64,000 nucleotides of DNA from the human T2T-CHM13v2.0 reference genome, Homo sapiens, in assembly GCF_009914755.1 (NCBI RefSeq), contig NC_060928.1, one strand, 5' to 3'. Below are positions 59,171-64,000 of the stretch, piece after piece; position 1 is the stretch's first letter; each line of letters begins with the position of its first letter. The notes under the pieces were generated by a model. That model saw nothing but the letters and a program-made list of their open reading frames with translations. It ran no database searches and was not told where the DNA came from. Position numbers and translations under genes: made by a program.

Positions 59171-61050
59171 CTATTAAGACTAGCCTGTTGTTGCCTGAAT
59201 TATTGATAATCTGATGATATCACATTAAGCTTTTCAAAAATTCCCATATTTGTAGACATTGGTCATACATTGTTCATACTTCCAAATTTAACATTTGAAA
59301 TTAATTTTAAAAGTAACTGAAATCACATTTTACACCTATGAGACTGAAAAATCTGATTGAAAGTAAAGCTTTAATTAAAAAATTTCAAGCAGCTTTTATT
59401 TCCTTCTAGCACTGAATAGTTTGTTACTCTGAAATTCTTGTTTGTTTGCTTCTTGTTTTTTGGATTTATCAGCAGAAACCAAGGTTGAATTGCTTAAGGA
59501 AAAAAAAAATGAGTGTAATAGAAAAATATTTTTTATGTCATTGAGAGTTAAAGAAATAGTGGAATAACCAAGGTTTCTGAAAAAAGGAACTAGAGTTTAT
59601 TCAAAGATTTTAGCATCAAGAAAACATTTAGTAACAGAATGAAAAATTGACAATTTGTCTGTTTCTCTGCCTCCATATTTTAGAATTGTTGGGAGAGAGA
59701 ACTTTGTCCATTTCAGATCAGTTGTCTGTGTCAGGATCATTATCTATCATCAGATGAGTAGGCACATACTATGTAGAAATGGCCCAGTAAAGATTTTCTA
59801 CTTCATTTTAGGGCTTTTTCCAGAGAAAGGGCCATCATTGTGAAGCAAGTATCTACCCCAAGGCACATTTAGTAAAGATAATGGTTCCTGCCTAATTTAT
59901 TTTTCTAGGTCACTGTGCTCCCTCTCTGAATTGCATCCTGAGCCTTTGTTCTGTCTTCAACTTCTTGATTCTTCCACTTTCCACATCTGGTATCTAACAA
60001 AAACCTGTCTTCCTTCTTCAGAGCTTCTGCAGAGCGCCACTTGATTCATTGGGGGTGGGAAGCTTGGAGATGGGAATTAGTGTTGCTCTGAGCTCATCTC
60101 TCCATACCCTTTCTCATATGAATAGAGCATTTACATTTTAAGCAAATCCCTTTCCTATATTTTATTTGTCATAGTAAAATTTAACCTGTAATATAAATAT
60201 AGCAATGATTATATTTCACTTTCAGTAATTGGCTGTAGAAATCACACACTATTATTCTTAGCAGTTTACCCTGCATTATAACTTTAGCTTATCACAGTGC
60301 TTACCTGCAATAATATCCCCTTCTATGAAAAAAAAATTCTCTTGTGCTCACTTTTCTCTTTTCTGTGCAAACTCCCTTTTATGTTCTTTGACAATTTTTT
60401 TATCATTTTGCTACCCTCTCTCCTTTCCTGACCAGCTTCAGATGCTTGAAAATGAGGTGAGTTCTCTCCCTTCCTAGTTGACTCCTGGCTCCTTTTCTCT
60501 TTTTTCTATATATGTTATTTTATTTTATCTTATTTTTATTCTTTATTTTGGCTTTGATTGGCACATAATAATTGTACATATTTATGGGGTATATTGTGGT
60601 GTTTCCATACATATAATGATATATAGTGATCAATCATGGTAATTAGCACATCCATCAGCTTATTCATATATCATTTTCTGTGTTAGGAACATTCAGTATC
60701 CTCCTTCTAGCTGTTTGAAACCATATAATGTAAGAGAGCTAACTATAATCATTCTACGGTGATGTAGAACACTAGAACTTATTCCTCCTGTCCAACTGTG
60801 ACTTGTATACTTTAACAAATCTCTCTCTATTCTTCCCCTTTCCCATCCTTCTCAGCCTCTAGTATCCTCTACTCTATGTTTTACTTCTATGAGATCAAAC
60901 TTTTTTTAAGCTTCCAAATATGGGCGAGAACATCTGGTGTTTAACTTTCCATTCCTCGTTTATTTCACTTAACATAATGTCCTCCAGTCTATCCACCCTA
61001 CCAGGAATGACAAGATCTTATTATTTTATATGGCCAAATAGTATTCAACT

Positions 61051-61145
61051 GTATATGTGTATATATATATGTTTTATTTATATATATACATATATATGTT
61101 TAAATTATATATATAATTTATATATAAATATACACATATACATAT
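61051..61145. repeat. (TA)-rich low-complexity expansion inside L1
   Basis: Imperfect TA/TACA run. Confidence 0.85.
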
Positions 61146-62238
61146 GACATTTTAAAATTCATTCATCTGTTGTTGGACCTGTGGGTTGATTCTATATCTT
61201 GGCTACTATGAATAGTGCTGCAATAAATATTGCCATGCAGATGTCTCTTTGAAATACTGAAGACCTGAGCAGGCCAATAACAAGTAATGAGATTAAAAAG
61301 TAAGACAAAGCTTTCCAACAAAGAAAAGTCAAGGACTAGATGGCTTCACCACTGAGCTTCACTGAATCTTTAAAGGGCAACTAATACTGATTTTTCTCAA
61401 ACTATTCTAAAAACCTGAAGCAGAGGATGTTATTTCTAACTCATTCTACAAAGCCAGCATACTACTGGTACCAAAACCAAACAAGGACACAGTGAAAAAA
61501 GAAAACTACAGGCCAATATCCCTGACGGACATAGACACAAAAATCCTCAACAAATACTAGAAAACTGAATCCGACAACACATCACAAAGATAATATAGTG
61601 TGACCAAGTGGGATTTATCCCAGAAATACAAGTATGGTTCAGCATATGCAAATCAATAAATATCACACATCACATCAACAGAATGAGGAATAAAAACCAT
61701 ATGATCATTTCAATAGATGCAGAAAAAGCATTTGAGAAAATTCAACATGTTTTCATGATAAAAAACCCTTAATAAATAAAGTATAGAAGGAAAGTACCTT
61801 AACATAACAAAGGCCATATATTATTGTTGGCCCATATTATCGTGGACCCAAACCCATAGCTAACATCATACTGAGTTGGGAAAATCTAAAAGCTTTTCCT
61901 TTAAGAACTGAGAAAAAAAAATGAATGCCCACTTTCACCACCCTTATTTAGCATAGTACTGTAAGTTATAGAAAGAACAATTAGGCAAGAGAAAGAAATA
62001 GCAAATCCAAAGAGGAAAAGAGGAAGTGAAATTTTCTCTGTTTGCAAATGACATGATTTTATATATAGAAAAAAACTAAAGACTCTACCAAAAAACTTCT
62101 AGAACCAATAAGTGAATTCAGTGTAGTTGCAGGACACAAAATTAATATACAAAAATCAGTAATGTTTCTATACATGTATAAGAAACTAGTGGAAATCAAA
62201 ATGGCAATCCCTTTTACAATATATATTTAAAAAGTAAA

Positions 62239-62540
62239 GGCCAAGTACCATGGCTCCTTACTGTAATCCAAGCACTTTAAGAGACCCAAGAGTTTGAGAC
62301 CAGCCTGGGCAATGAGATTAAATTCCATCTCTACAAAAAATAAACACACACACACACACACACACACACAAATTAGCTGTGTGTGGTGGCATGAGCCTAT
62401 GGTGGCATGAGCCTATGGTGGCAGCTACTTGAGAGGCTGAGATGGAAGGACTACTTGAGCCTGGGAGGTAGAGCTTGCAGTGAGTTGAAATCTCATCATT
62501 GCACTCCAGCCTGGGAGCAAAGCCCTGTATCAGAAAAATA
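62239..62540 (+). mobile_element. AluJ with left-arm deletion, (CA)n in the middle linker and a 16-bp tandem duplication
   Basis: ggccaagtaccatggctc...; CA run 62345-62370; tggtggcatgagccta repeated. Confidence 0.88.
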
Positions 62541-64000
62541 GAGGAGATGAAAGACCTCTACAAGAAAAACTATAAAGCACTGATGAAAGAAATTGAAGAG
62601 GATGCAAACAAATAGAATGGCACCCCATGCTCATAGATCAGAAGCCTTAATAAATATTGATAAAGTAAGCGTACTTCCCAAAATAATCTACAAATTCAAC
62701 ATAATCCTGGTAAAAATACCAATGGCATTCCTCACAGAAATAGAATTAATCCTAAAATTTGTATTGCACTACAAAGAATCCCCAATCACCAAAGCAATTC
62801 TGAGCAAAAAAGAGCAAAGCTTAAGGCATCACACTACCAGACTTCAACATATATCAATCACAAAGCTGTAGTAACCAAAACAGTATAGTGCTGGTATAAA
62901 AACAGACACATAGTCCAATGGAACAGAGTAGAGAACCAGAGATTAATCTACATATCTACAGCCAATTGATTTTTATAAAGGGTAGCAAGAACACTTTTTA
63001 GGGAACCTGTAGTCTTTTAAATAAGTGATGCTGGGAAAACTGGAAATTCATATTCAGAAACATGAAACTAGACCTCCACTTCTCACCCTCTACAAAGTCA
63101 ACCCAAAATGGATGAAAGATCTAATTTTAAAATCTGAAATGATAAAGCTACTAGAAAAAAATGGGGAAATGCTTCAGGACATTCTTCTAAGAGAATATTT
63201 TCTTTGAATAAGGAATCAAAAGCAAAAATATACAAATAAGATTATATTAAACTACAGGTCTTCTGCAAAGCCAAGGAAACAACATTGTGAAAAGACACCC
63301 TATAATTGGAAAATATGTTTGCAAAGTACTCATCCAACAGTTCATTTATATGACAAGGAACTCAAATATTTCAACAGCAAAATATTACCAAACAATGTGA
63401 TTTAAAAAATGGGCAAATATCTAATCAGATATTTCTCAAAAGAACACGTACAAATGTCCAATAAATATATTTTAAAAAGTTCAACATCCCTAATCATCAG
63501 GGAAATGCAAATCAAAACCATAATGAGGTATCATCTTATTCCAATTAGAATGACTATCATCAAAAGGAAAAAAAAAACCAGCAAATGTTGGACAGAATAC
63601 AGATATAAGACAACTCATACACTGTTAGTGAGAATGTAAACTAGTAGAACTACTCTGAGGAACAGTACAGAGATTCCTCAAAAAACTACAAATAGAACTA
63701 CCGTATAGTCCAGCAATTCCACCACTGGGCATTTATCCAAAGGAAAGTAGTTTTTTTTTTTTGTTTGCTCTTTTTTTAACACCCCCACATTTTCTGGAGT
63801 TTTTAAGGGGGAGGACTATGGCAAACAATAATATCTAAGATCATTTTTATTAATGCTCAATAGGTTAAAAAAATGCTCAGGCTTCATGTAATCGCTGTAT
63901 TCTGAACATTAAAATTATGTCATACACTTCAAATAAAACTGGGTTATCAGACAAGATTTAATCATTTTACCATGAAAATCAGAGTTTATTAAGTAGTAAC

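Larger units (their letters stand above)
60505..63750 (-). mobile_element. L1MA5-like element with 5' inversion: 3' end on minus 60505-61260, ORF2 on plus 61259-63750
   Basis: Antisense L1MA5-type 3'UTR (tacttctatgagatcaa, ggtgtttaactttc); strand flips at about 61260; plus segment ends at ccaaaggaaag, just upstream of where the minus segment starts (TCAGTA) in L1. Confidence 0.88.

Overview
AT-rich primate DNA, most likely human given an L1 with L1HS-type diagnostic bases. It is intronic or intergenic and made largely of transposable elements: Alu J/S/Y, L1 copies from very young to ancient, a solo LTR12 (ERV9), a complete THE1D MaLR nested in an LTR16, several MLT1 LTRs, hAT/mariner MITEs, L2/MIR and microsatellites. 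I cannot support any host protein-coding exon, RNA gene or CRISPR array; the ORF-track entries are L1/Alu/LTR remnants or chance ORFs. I found no evidence of a new biological system. The most informative structure is a young L1HS-like insertion (3726-5416) with a perfect 17-bp TSD, a twin-priming 5' inversion, and a short extra segment between two A-tails that matches L1 ORF1 in antisense. That segment is a likely 3' transduction tagging the source element. Also notable are a young AluY(c1-like) with an A41 tail, a ~255-bp tandem duplication beside a template-switch-like knot, a MER5 split by ~7 kb of L1, and an ancient twin-primed L1MA5-like element. Subfamily names come from recalled consensus features and should be confirmed with RepeatMasker/Dfam.
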